DNA of 63,656 nucleotides, counting the filler, from Globobulimina sp. (lineage: Eukaryota), in the NCBI GenBank assembly GCA_003354225.1. It is 32 parts of 32 records of this genome, joined end to end, with 100 filler letters (N's around TTAATTAATTAA, not from the genome) between each part and the next. Parts side by side here need not be neighbours in the genome. Positions count along the whole stretch, not along the records: positions 21,934 to 23,826 come from PIVH01010836.1; positions 23,927 to 25,819 come from PIVH01010837.1; positions 25,920 to 27,812 come from PIVH01010838.1; positions 27,913 to 29,805 come from PIVH01010839.1; positions 29,906 to 31,798 come from PIVH01010840.1; positions 31,899 to 33,790 come from PIVH01010841.1; positions 33,891 to 35,782 come from PIVH01010842.1; 25 more parts are not named here. One strand, 5' to 3'. A program made the position numbers and the translations under genes. The stretch's first letter is position 1. Each line of letters opens with the position of its first letter. Under the pieces are notes generated by a model that saw only the letters and a list, made by a program, of their open reading frames with translations, had not been told where the DNA came from and did no database searches. Positions 22,360 to 33,978 of the stretch are shown in pieces.

Positions 22360-23601
22360 TTATACATCAACAATGTTTCCTGGGGCTAAAATAAGATTTG
22401 GATCAATAAATATTTTTAAAGATCGCATAAAATCAACAGTATTTTGCCCCAACTCTTGTGCCAACCATTTTTTTTTATGTTTTCCAATACCATGTTCTGC
22501 AGTACATGTCCCATCCAATGACAATGCAGTTTTTACAATTAAATCATTTAAACGATGTGCTTCCGACCTATCTTTTGCTTTATTTCCATCATAAAATATA
22601 ACGGAATGCCAATTACCATCACCAATATGCCCAACAATCGGGCAATTTAACCATGATTTATCCAATTCTTTTTTACATAAAACCAAACTCTCATTAAATT
22701 TGGAAAAAGGAACAGCAACATCTGTGGTCAAACATTCTTTTCCCGCATTAGCAAACCTATAATTTATAACATTACATAGCAACAAAAACAAATTGTCGAA
22801 CACAACATAAATATATAACTTTGCTGCCCAAAATGCCATTTTTCGAACTTGCCACAACCGATGTCTTGACTCTTTATCTTTGCTCCATTTGAATGGATAT
22901 TTGCTATATTTGGCAACAATCTTTTTAATCAACAAAATATCCGCTTCAATGTGCTCTTTCGAAGGCCCACAAAATTTAAACATTATCACTTGTTTATTCA
23001 AGATAATATCCACTTTTTTATCATATTTCTTGCAGTCAGCTAACATATTTTCATCTAAATACTCAAACGCTGCTAAACTAACACCGGTTGCGTTTATTTC
23101 CTGCACACATTTCCCGATTGCTGTCATATTATCAAACGATGCCTGCGCAATCTCACTATATTTGGGCAATGCTCTCAAACGCAATGTAGCTCGCGTAACA
23201 ATACCGAATGTACCTTCTGAGCCACAAAATAATGAATTTAAATCATATCCAGCCACACTTTTGACCGCTCGTTGCCCAGTCGACAAAATACTGCCATCGC
23301 TCATAACAATGGTCATATTTATAATTTGATTACGCATTGTGCCATATCGCAATGCTGACGGCCCACTGCAACATGTACCTATCATACCGCCTATACATGC
23401 GGCGGGGGCTGGGTCTACACCAACAAATAGATTGTATTGAGCTAATTTTTTATTTAATTTCACCCAATTAACACCTGCTTCGACGCTGCATTGCATATCA
23501 TCTGCATATATGGCCAATATTCTATTCATTTTGCTCACATTCACTGTGATTGATAGACGATTACTTTTATTTGATGCAGAGGGTAAAATATGTGATTCCA
23601 A
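22360..23601 (-). CDS. LDHD: D-lactate dehydrogenase (cytochrome), FAD-linked; in-frame intron 22757-22819; 5' truncated
   Basis: DPAPAACIGGM, RYGTMR, KSVAGYDL..GSEGTFGIVT, TDVAVP, GHIGDGNWH, AEHGIG, DPNLILAPG. Confidence 0.88.
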   Translation of the reverse strand: MESHILPSASNKSNRLSITVNVSKMNRILAIYADDMQCSVEAGVNWVKLNKKLAQYNLFVGVDPAPAACIGGMIGTCCSGPSALRYGTMRNQIINMTIVMSDGSILSTGQRAVKSVAGYDLNSLFCGSEGTFGIVTRATLRLRALPKYSEIAQASFDNMTAIGKCVQEINATGVSLAAFEYLDENMLADCKKYDKKVDIILNKQVIMFKFCGPSKEHIEADILLIKKIVAKYSKYPFKWSKDKESRHRLWQVRKMAFWAAKLYIYVVFDNLFLLLCNVINYRFANAGKECLTTDVAVPFSKFNESLVLCKKELDKSWLNCPIVGHIGDGNWHSVIFYDGNKAKDRSEAHRLNDLIVKTALSLDGTCTAEHGIGKHKKKWLAQELGQNTVDFMRSLKIFIDPNLILAPGNIVDV

Positions 23602-23926
23602 TGACGATTAATAACTGCTGGAAGCTTAACAAAAACGGAAAACTTCCACTGGAACTAGGCATTCATATCACCTTTGAATTTCTCCCAGGAATAACGAGGT
23701 TGATAATCATAGGCACTGACATCTGAAATAGCTTTACCTGTTTCGGTAATGAGTGAAGGGATTTCGCCTACTGGATAATCCCAGTCCCAGGACATTCCAT
23801 CATCATTGATCACAATGCCCGGTACANNNNNNNNNNNNNNNNNNNNNNNNNNNNNNNNNNNNNNNNNNNNTTAATTAATTAANNNNNNNNNNNNNNNNNN
23901 NNNNNNNNNNNNNNNNNNNNNNNNNN

Positions 23927-24310
23927 ATATGAACGGTAATGAATGATGGAATTGAGCATTCTGGTCCATGTAGAATTGATTAAAAAGTTTGTGAACCGTT
24001 ACTCATTGAAATCCTGTGTTTGAATGAAATTGAATGAAACAGAATGACTGCTTGAATGAATACTGACTGAGCTTGAATGGTTTTTAGGTTCAAAGTTTGA
24101 ACCAGTCGTTGCCAGTCAATGTCAGTCAGTATTCATTCAAGCAGCCAGTCAATGTCATTCAATGTCATTCTATTCCATTCAAACACGGTATTTCAACGTT
24201 TAAAGACTAACACGCATTTTAATCAATGGCACATTGACGAGAATGATCAATCCATCATTCATATGCATTCATACACATTCATATACATTCATGGTCATTC
24301 AATTCCATTT
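23927..24310. mobile_element. Foldback (long imperfect palindrome) element centred at 24095
   Basis: GGTTCAAA-G-TTTGAACC core; CTGCTTGAATGAATACTGACTGA pairs with TCAGTCAGTATTCATTCAAGCAG; further paired arms outward. Confidence 0.75.
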
Positions 24311-24312
24311 TT

Positions 24313-24543
24313 TCATTTTGTATTGGTAAAATTATTCAATGATAAATTACTTCCATATCCAAAATATAATATCTCCAGCTCATCATTATCGACCCGATGC
24401 GCAGCCGATACTTTTGATTCATCAATGTTGCCATTAATATTTAAATTTGTGTCATTATTGTCGTCATCGTCTTCATTGGCTTTGAGATCATCATCCTGCG
24501 CTGGCTTTGGTTTAGAAAGCAATTTAGTCAACGCTGGGTTCAT
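24313..24543 (-). CDS. Gamma-glutamylcyclotransferase-like N-terminus, truncated at the foldback element
   Basis: ILYFGYGSNL motif followed shortly by TGA. Confidence 0.55.
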   Translation of the reverse strand: MNPALTKLLSKPKPAQDDDLKANEDDDDNNDTNLNINGNIDESKVSAAHRVDNDELEILYFGYGSNLSLNNFTNTK

Positions 24544-24920
24544 TATGAGACTAAAAACGAAAACTTTTGAAAAGTCAACGTAGCAGAAATGGACTTAGTC
24601 TTTAAAATTGGTGGATGCTTCTATCAGAAATAAAAATTAACAAAATTATATAGAAAAAAATAATATGAAAAAATAAGATAAATTATACAAGACACCGAAC
24701 AGTGAATTGCTGTTATTTTTATAGATATAGGCCTTGTTGGACATTTCAACTGCAATTTTGTATTCTGACTTTAAATCTGTGTTTTCATGATCAAATTAAA
24801 AGTTAAGTGTTTTCAAATCAAAGATGTAATTTTAAACTAAATCTGTTGCAAATAAAATTGCTATTAAAATTAATAAAATTAATAAAAATAAAATGTTTAG
24901 AATTGAATATTGTTTTTTAA

Positions 24921-25819
24921 TTAATGCATGCATTTGCACTGTATCAATTTTGCAAAATCTCCATTTTTATCCGATAATAATTGCTGCGGAGTATCGTATT
25001 GTTTAACTTTACCATTTTCTAACAATAAAATATAATCATAATCCATTATTGTTTCCAATCGATGTGCTATACAAACAACTGTCACATTTTCAAATTTCTC
25101 CGATCGAAGTAATTTCTGTATAATACCATCTGTATTTTTATCGACATTCGACGTTGGTTCATCAGCAAAAAGAATCGACGATTTGTTTACTATGGATCTG
25201 GCAAAACAAATTAATTGTTGTTCTCCAACAGAAAAATTGGAACCATTTTCATTCACATCACATAATAATTTACCATCTCTGCAATTTATTAAATCAAATA
25301 ATTGGACATCTTTTAATGCGTTCCATATCATCTCATCACTATATTTATCAAATGGATCTAAATTGAATTTTAAAGTGCCATTAAATAACACCGGCGTTTG
25401 TGAAATAATCGACATATTTGAACGCAAATCATGTAATCCAAGTTGATTAACCCTCAAATTATCAATCACCACATCATTTATTATGGGCTCAAACAATCGA
25501 AATATTGACACCAAAATGCTGCTCTTTCCAGATCCGGTTCTGCCACAAATACCAATTTTATCGCCATGTTTAATTTCAATTCTTTTATCAATGTCCAATA
25601 CAACGTTAAATTTCTTCCGATATCTTAATCTCAACTGATTTATATTTATATTGCCCACAGCCGGCCATTTTTCATTTTCTTTAATTTCATATTCGTGATT
25701 GATTTGTTTTGCTTCATAAACCATTTCTTTTCCTAATTTCTCATTTTCCGCAAATAAATCTTGATAATGCATCACTCGCATAATAGACACAAAACTTTCT
25801 TTTGTCTCTACATACAATG
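24921..25819 (-). CDS. ABCC/MRP transporter, C-terminal NBD2; 5' partial
   Basis: WPAVG, IGICGRTGSGKSS, NLDPF, GSNFSVGEQQLICFAR, DEPTSNVD, IAHRLETIMDYD. Confidence 0.93.
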
Positions 25820-26699
25820 NNNNNNNNNNNNNNNNNNNNNNNNNNNNNNNNNNNNNNNNNNNNTTAATTAATTAANNNNNNNNNNNNNNNNNNNNNNNNN
25901 NNNNNNNNNNNNNNNNNNNGTAATATTATAATACCAAAGAGACACGAAACGAAACGATCCATAAGCTTTAACAGAAAAACTTTTTTAACAGAAAAACTTT
26001 TTTTTTTAATTAAAACAATGGATGCTGAGACAGCTGTATCTTGGTATTATTAGAGGATAAATATCATCGCTCGACATCGGTCGATATTGCATTTATTTTG
26101 GTATACACTAATGTTCCCGATAAGATATACGCATATTAGTACTCATATATATATATTCATATGGTGGACCTGTCAAGGAATCATATATGCTCATATATAA
26201 TAATATATATATTTTTATCCAATCTTATCTATCCTCTCAATCTAACCAATTCAATTCAATCCAATCCACTCAATTTAATTCAATCCAACTAATATTTAAT
26301 CCAATCCATATACACCAAATACAAACAAGAAAGAATATGTTTTGAATTTGAATGTATTTGGTGTACATGGACATGGTCAACGTCATCATACGTACCTCTT
26401 ATTACCACCAAATACATCCCATTTTTCATTCTCAATATCAATTCATTTTTGTTTAACCTGAATCTTCTGGACATATCCATCAATTCATTCCAGTGCTCTT
26501 CTTGAGCTAAGCGATGAGACTTAATTTTTTGTGTTGTTGTTGTTTTTGATGCTGGATCCATCCATGTACTGATCCAATCAGTTTCTGCTGTGTCAAACAT
26601 TCAAATGATTGCAAGGCATCTGTAAGCAATGTGGTTGGTCCCCCCCCCTATCCAATAGACGAACGAAAAACTGTTTTTTCAAAAACCATCACAATTTGA

Positions 26700-27812
26700 A
26701 TGGCAGAACAAATGAGTTGGTACGGAGCAGGCGGTCGTTTTCGCAACAAAGTGTATGTTGGCAATCTGTCATCACGCACAAAAGAAACGGAGATCAAAGA
26801 AGCCTTCAGCCACTACGGCGACGTCGTCGATATTGTATTAAAATACGATTTTGCATTTGTTGAAATGGACAATGAAAAAGATATGGAAGAAGCAATTGAG
26901 TTAAATCATAAACAAATATCTCTTCAATTTCCATGATAATTTGTATTATTTTTTTCAACAAAAAAACCTTTGTCTTTGTAGCATATAAACACCATAAATA
27001 ATGATGAGACGACCCAAACACAGTAAGCACACATCACTCTGAGCCATGTACAATAATTATTGATGAGATGACACGACACAATTTTGATGATAATTTGATG
27101 CGCGCTTTACATTTTTACACAGACAAAATCAATTAAAAAAAAACACTAATAAACATATCATGTTTTTGCCAAATAACATAACAAACATTCATAATTAATT
27201 TATAGTGCATTGGATCAGAAGGAATTCAATGGCAGGAAATGGTTGGTTGAGCCGGCAAGACGAGGCCCATCGCGTCCTGTTGCTTTTAATAATGAGTCCT
27301 CGCATTATTCCAGCAGCAGAGGCGGCGGCGGCGGCCAATATTTTACCAATCCACGCGATTCATACGGTGGCGGCGGAGGGAGAGGCGGCTATGGCGGCGG
27401 CGCTGGTGGTGGTGGCAGAGGCGGTGCTGGTTATGGATTGAATCGGCGTCCAGCTGGTATGCGACCGGCACGCGGCGAGTATCGAATACAGGTATCTTTT
27501 GCTTATGGCAGTGCAAGGAGTCTGGTTAACAGTTTAAGGACAAAAAGCCAAATAGTTTGTGGCATTTTTGATGTCGATAATGCATCAAAAACGTGCCAAA
27601 CTACTTGGATGTCAACTTGTGTACTTAGGGTGCCATGTTCATGTGGCCTTGACTGCAAATAAAAAACTTTACTAAGATACTCGGCTTATCGTCAGCCACG
27701 TCCTGGCAAGACCTCAAGGACTGGGGCCGCCAGGCCGGCGAGTCAGTGTGCTACGGCGATGTGTTTGTGGATGGTGGCCGTAGAATGGGCATCGTCGAAT
27801 ACAACACCAAAG
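26700..27812 (+). CDS. SR splicing factor (SRSF4/5/6-like), RRM-Gly-RRMH; introns 26900-27205 and 27492-27676; 3' partial
   Basis: [16 protein letters not shown]; spliced exon 3 reads [22 protein letters not shown], the RRMH signature. Confidence 0.9.
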
Positions 27813-28017
27813 NNNNNNNNNNNNNNNNNNNNNNNNNNNNNNNNNNNNNNNNNNNNTTAATTAATTAANNNNNNNNNNNNNNNNNNNNNNNNNNNNNNNN
27901 NNNNNNNNNNNNGGGGGGGGGGGGGTTATCTTTTGGAATATATCGTTAAAGCAAATCAAGTAATTTTCCTGTTTCAAGTTAATATCAACCTGAAGTTCGC
28001 GCTAGCCTAGAACAAAC

Positions 28018-29508
28018 ATGTCAAACCAAGCAAGCTACGCATTAATATTGTCGTTTTTTTTATTCAATGGATTAAACGCACAAACAGGAGAAGGATGTGG
28101 CGCTGTTAAGTGATACACATTTATTTCCATAACAACTAATATTAATTTAGTGGTTATGCAAACATTACATACACCAACAAACACATCAAAAACAAACTAA
28201 TAATCCGCAATTAAACCAATATAACAAATATATTTAGCTCACAACCTGTCCCATTCCAGGACAAGTTCGAATGAATGCAAAATATGGCCCAAATAATTAC
28301 TTCTTAGGAGGCTGTAGCTGTTGTTGTGATGTAGCACATTATAATCCCAATTCAATTGGAGATTGTGCCTGTTGGATCTCTGTAAATCCTCCAGCTCCAA
28401 TCCCTGCGCCACCAACACCAATTATTCCACAAACACCGATAACTAGCAAGCAGCCAGTAACTCCATATCAGAGTCCTGTTGTTATTACACAGGAGCATGA
28501 AACCTGTCTAACTGAGTTTGACTGTGCCTGTCCAGTGGGCACTATTGGGCCATGCACCATTGTCTGTGCAGGTATTGACAGCTGTAAAGATGGCATCGTT
28601 GCATGCAACAATGATGGCTACGATTGCGTTGTGGATTGCATAGGCGAGCAAGCCTGCATTGGTGAAACGAATATCATCGGACCAGCCGCTGGCACATTAA
28701 CTGTTAACTGCATCGGACAGAAATCGTGCGAGGGCGACTTGGTTATTAGCGGCGAAACCAGCACTGATGTGACTGTCAATTGTGATGGTTTGACCTCGTG
28801 TTTAAAGGCACAAATTAATTTTGGAACTAGAAAAGGCGAAATACATTGCAACGGCTTACCCGATTCCTGTCAACAGGCGATATTTAATTTGCTTCCTGGC
28901 GCAGCTGACAGAGCAGGCTCTGCGTTTGCATGCAAAGGGGGGAATTGCCCGAGCCACAGCCCTCCGGCATATAGGTATTTATGTATTTTATGAATTTTGT
29001 ACACATGCAAACTGTTTTTATTTGTATGCAGCAACATTTTCGGTCCACAGGTTGTCGATTGCATCGTTTCTGGAAATTGTGCAGGCTGTGATGTCGGAAC
29101 CAGTGGTGTTTGCACGATAAATTGTAATGGGATGACAGATTCGTGTATGACTGGAGTTATTTCGTGCAATAATGATGGGTTTGATTGCATTGTGAACTGC
29201 TTGACGGAGAATGCGTGCGTTGGCGCGTATATTGTTGGGCCGGTCGGAGGAACACTGACTGTCAATTGTTTGGGAGATGTGGCATGCGAAGGAGAGACTA
29301 CTTTTGTTGGCTCGTATGGGACTGATATGAGTATAATGTGTGAAGGACCAGAAGCATGCAAAGGTAATGCGGAGTATTATTTTGGAACTGGTGTTGGCAG
29401 AGTCGAATGTAATGGTATGCCAGATTCATGTTTGGGGGAAACGTATTTCATGTTCAAACAGTGCCTGGTGCGTCCTTTTCATGCGTTGGAGCTAATTGTC
29501 CAATGTAG
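28018..29508 (+). CDS. Secreted Cys-rich repeat protein; introns 28105-28237 and 28975-29031; apparent 1-nt frameshift near 29448
   Basis: Signal peptide MSNQASYALILSFFLFNGLNA; two ~155-aa modules of C-x-G-x-x-[AS]C repeats. Confidence 0.75.
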
Positions 29509-29905
29509 AATAATATGACTGTTTCTTTATTTCTTTAGTGTTCTTTTATTATTTTTTTTACTCTTATTTTTTTCGTGCAATATCTAAATTATTGATATAT
29601 TTTTCCAAAGTTTGTTTTATCCAAATATTGAGGTGTGGTAAAGACGGAGCTGAACGACAAACATCTAGATCTTTAAGGGTTTAGTCCACTGTTTTTTTGG
29701 ACGTTATGTGCCATGCATCTGAAGCAAGATGATAAATAAAAGTGATTTGCACTTTGGACTGCAATAACATTTCTTTGGAACCAATCATTTTTTTGCTGTT
29801 CCATANNNNNNNNNNNNNNNNNNNNNNNNNNNNNNNNNNNNNNNNNNNNTTAATTAATTAANNNNNNNNNNNNNNNNNNNNNNNNNNNNNNNNNNNNNNN
29901 NNNNN

Positions 29906-31798
29906 GCCATTCTCGGGTCCTCTTCTGCAAATTGCTCCGCTGCCCGCAACATTTCATCAATCTCTTCCTGTGATGGCCGCCCTTTATCCGCAGTGATAGT
30001 GATACTCTCCGCATTGCCAGAAGTCTTATCCACTGCGCCTACATTCAATATCCCATTGGCATCAATTTCAAAGGTCACCTCGACCTGAGGCACCCCTCGA
30101 GGCGCAGGCGGGATGCCCGTTAACTCGAATTTTCCCAATAATATATTGTGTTCAGTCATACTACGCTCCCCTTGATACACTTGGATGAGTACCGCCGGCT
30201 GGTTATCTTGATAGGTACTGAATACCTGCGATTTTTTGGTTGGGATCACACTATTTTTCTCAATCAATTTGGTCATTACACCTCCGACAGTCTCAATACC
30301 TAAACTCGCAAAAAAAAAAAAGTTTCGAAATGTTTAAGTAAAGCCACACTCAAAAAAAAAACATGCTAGACATGACATGAGAGCATGCCGTCTTTACGTC
30401 GAGCAAAGTGTACAACTACATACCTAATGATAACGGCGTAACATCCAATAACAAGATACCCGACGTACTCTCACTTTCGTCGCCACCTAAAATCGCCGCT
30501 TGCACCGCAGCCCCATAAGCCACAGCCTCATCGGGGTTAATCCCGCGATTTGGCTCCTTCCCATTGAAAAAATCCCGCACTAACTTCTGGATCTTGGGTA
30601 TGCGCGTACTGCCACCAACCAACACAATCTCGTGAATCTCCGACTTCTTCATTCCCGCGTCTTTCATCACGATCTCCAACGGCTTGAGCGTCTGCCGAAA
30701 CAAGTCGTTATTCAACTCCTCGAATCTGGCCCTGGTCAACGTCTCACTGAAGTCGATGCCGTCGGCAAAGTTCTCAATCTCGATGCGAACCTGCGTGGTG
30801 GAGGAAAGTGCCCGTTTGGCCTTCTCCACTTCGCGTCGCAATTTGGCGATGGCTCGGTCGTTATTTCGAATGTCAATCTTGTTTTTCCGGCGGAATACTT
30901 TGATGAAATGGTTCATGACTCGCTCATCGAAGTCCTGTCCGCCTAAATGCGTGTCTCCGTTGGTAGAGACCACCTCAAATACGCCTTCGTCCAACGTCAA
31001 GAGCGAGACATCGAAGGTGCCGCCGCCCAAATCGTACACGATGATGTTGGTATCTTTGTGCTTCTTATCCAGACCATAGGCGATGGCCGCGGCGGTGGGC
31101 TCGTTGATGATACGCAACACCTTCATCCCAGCAATGATGCCGGCGTCTCTGGTGGCCTATGTAGGGGCAATCACGTGTGCGATTACGCGGTGTGCACTAT
31201 CTACACATCATAATTGTATATGTACTCAACTCCTCGCTGCGCGTCATCAAAATAGGCAGGCACAGTCACCACGGCGTGCGACACTTTCTTACCTAAATAG
31301 GCTTCCGCAACGTTTCTCATTTTGGTCAAAACCATGGCGGAAATCTCTTCGGGCGCGAAGGTGCGCTCTGCGCCTTGATATTGCACCTTTACGTAAGGTT
31401 TGCCGTCTTTGTTAATCACCTCGAAGGGCCATAATTTGATGTCTTTTTGGACCACTTTGTCAGTGTATCTTCGGCCAATCATTCTGTGTTTGGTTGATGA
31501 TGTGTGTGGGTATGATGTGTGTGGAATGAGTTGGAAAATTCGGGAAATTAAATAATTTTTTACATACCGTTTGGCGTCGTAAACTGTGTTGGTTGGGTTG
31601 GAAGCAACTTGATGCTTTGCGGCATCACCGATTAAGCGCTCCGACTCTGAGAATGCTACGTATGACGGCGTGATACGGTTACCTTGGTCGTTTGGGATAA
31701 TTTCGACTTTGCCGTTTTGCATTACTCCGACACATGAATAGGTTGTGCCTAAATCAATTCCGATTACGGTGCCATAATTTGTGGATTCGTCACCGCCT
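29906..31798 (-). CDS. HSPA5: ER Hsp70 BiP/GRP78, partial at both ends; three introns (~30305-30419, ~31158-31230, 31484-31567)
   Basis: [65 protein letters not shown]. Confidence 0.93.
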
Positions 31799-31898
31799 NN
31801 NNNNNNNNNNNNNNNNNNNNNNNNNNNNNNNNNNNNNNNNNNTTAATTAATTAANNNNNNNNNNNNNNNNNNNNNNNNNNNNNNNNNNNNNNNNNNNN

Positions 31899-32866
31899 TG
31901 CTTTATAATTCCTGGCAGTTGGCACATTGTTGTCGATGGATGTATTTCACACGCGCGAACTAGATTAAATTGACCAGTGTCTCTATATATGTACCAGAAT
32001 GAGTATGCTGCCAATAGTTGATTTTTTTTATCGAATTCAATTCCTTTATATGGTGCTGGCTCATCCGTCTCTGCTTCCTCCCCCCATATCCATGGCTTCA
32101 CTGCTTCCTCTTTTTCTTCTTTTTCATCTTTTTCTTCTTTGATTCGCATACTTTTCACTCGAAAATTTCTTTTTTTTTGTTTAAGCAAAGTTTGCGCCTT
32201 TCCGCTGATCGCTAATAATATATTTTCGAACGGTTCCGCTGAGCAATATACTAACCACGAGCCAATTGGCATTGATACTTTGCCATCATAGAAAGCCGTA
32301 AAGGTGACTTTGGCATTTACTCGACCTGAGGATGGGCGATAATATCGCCGCCATCGTTTCATACTGATTACGGTTCGTGGTTGCGGATGAATTTTCATGA
32401 AACTGACCGGTCTCAATGAATGCGATGTCGATGTATGTACATGACGAGGTCGATTTAACCGGGCAGTAATGCCAGATCGACGGATTTGATTTAACCGGCT
32501 TCGCCCTCGCCTATTAATTGAAATTGTATTTGATGTAACTTCTCCACCTTGTCCCGGTTCAACGGGTGCATTTCCTAATAATTGAAGGATTTGTTGAAGG
32601 ATTTGTTGAGCTGATGCAGGAGATGGTGGATTTGATCGGGGAGATGGTTGAGTTGGTTGCAGCCTATTTGGTGGCCGTCGCCGTCTATTTGGTCGCCGTC
32701 GCCGTCTATTTGGTCGCCGTCTCCCATTTCGTTGAGTTTCTTCATCATGTTTAGGCCCATAATTGTTAATTCTTCGATAACGTCGTATATAATTTTGCAA
32801 ACTTTGCAAATTTCGAAAATGCTTCGATGACGTACGGCGTGTGGACCGCGACATGACTATATACAA
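31899..32866 (-). CDS. Hypothetical Arg-rich protein, 3' partial
   Basis: Long ORF with NRRRRRP repeats; no family recognised. Confidence 0.45.
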
Positions 32867-32948
32867 AATCTACGGCGTCTGGAACGTGACATGACAAAAC
32901 AAAATCTAATTATTAACATTCCAAATTTAAAAACTTAAAATTTAAACA

Positions 32949-33632
32949 ATGTCGGATGTAGATCCGCACTCTACACCAAATCAGAATTATTATGCGACCA
33001 GAGACCCACCTCTCTCGACGCAGATCCTGTTCCAAAGAGAATCTCCATACTATCGTCCATCGCAGTCACCGCAATCATCAAAGGCGTCACAATCATCAAA
33101 GGCGTCACAATCATCACATTCATCCAAATCACAATCACCGCTATCATCACAATCACCGCAATCGTCACTTAAAAAAAGACACAGAGAAGATGAAGACGAA
33201 GAGAATAATTATCCGGAAACAAAGCGCCGGAAATTAAATAATAATCAATCCATTCAGAGATTAAGCACATCGAAGTTAAGCACACCAGCGCTGGAACCAT
33301 CGAAATGCATTAAGGTATCGGAACCATCGAAGGTATTAAGCAATAATAATGTATCGCCGGCATCGAAGGTATCGGCGCCATCGAATCCGCGTAATAATAA
33401 TTTGAAACCGCGAAGGCGATCAAGCACCACATCAAGCGGTAGAGAGAATGTATCGGATGGAGAGAATGTATCGATAAATAATAAAATTGATGGAGACAAT
33501 AGATCGGATGGAGAGAATGTATCGGATGGAGAGAATAGATCGGATGGAGAGAATGGATCGATAAATAATAATAAACTTGATAGAGACAATGGATCGGATG
33601 GAATGATATTTCCTTGGCGCTCAATGGTTTAA
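32949..33632 (+). CDS. Low-complexity Ser-rich protein with SDGEN repeats and NLS-like KRRK
   Basis: 227-aa ORF; 18-nt repeat units. Confidence 0.4.
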   Translation: MSDVDPHSTPNQNYYATRDPPLSTQILFQRESPYYRPSQSPQSSKASQSSKASQSSHSSKSQSPLSSQSPQSSLKKRHREDEDEENNYPETKRRKLNNNQSIQRLSTSKLSTPALEPSKCIKVSEPSKVLSNNNVSPASKVSAPSNPRNNNLKPRRRSSTTSSGRENVSDGENVSINNKIDGDNRSDGENVSDGENRSDGENGSINNNKLDRDNGSDGMIFPWRSMV

Positions 33633-33649
33633 ACAATTGTTTTAATTTT

Positions 33650-33790
33650 TTGCACATATTTCCTTGGCACCACTCTTATGAAATACATTGCATTTCTGCA
33701 TTTCTGCATTTTTGCATATTTCCTTGGCATCACTCTTATGAAAGACATTGCATTTCTGCATTTTTGCATTTTTGCATATTTCCTTGGCAC
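33650..33790 (+). repeat. 60-bp tandem repeat (2+ copies, runs into gap)
   Basis: CATATTTCCTTGGCA(C/T)CACTCTTATGAAA(T/G)ACATTGCATTTCTGCATT recurs at 60-nt spacing. Confidence 0.9.
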
Positions 33791-33978
33791 NNNNNNNNNN
33801 NNNNNNNNNNNNNNNNNNNNNNNNNNNNNNNNNNTTAATTAATTAANNNNNNNNNNNNNNNNNNNNNNNNNNNNNNNNNNNNNNNNNNNNGTTCGGTGCG
33901 ACTCACCAACACTACGTTAGTACAACACAAAAAATGACGAAATGTATCCAGTTAAAAATATGACGGAATGTATCAAGT

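Noticed and set aside
30632-31415. Plus-strand ORFs opposite BiP
   Set aside because: Antisense shadow frames typical of Hsp70 genes
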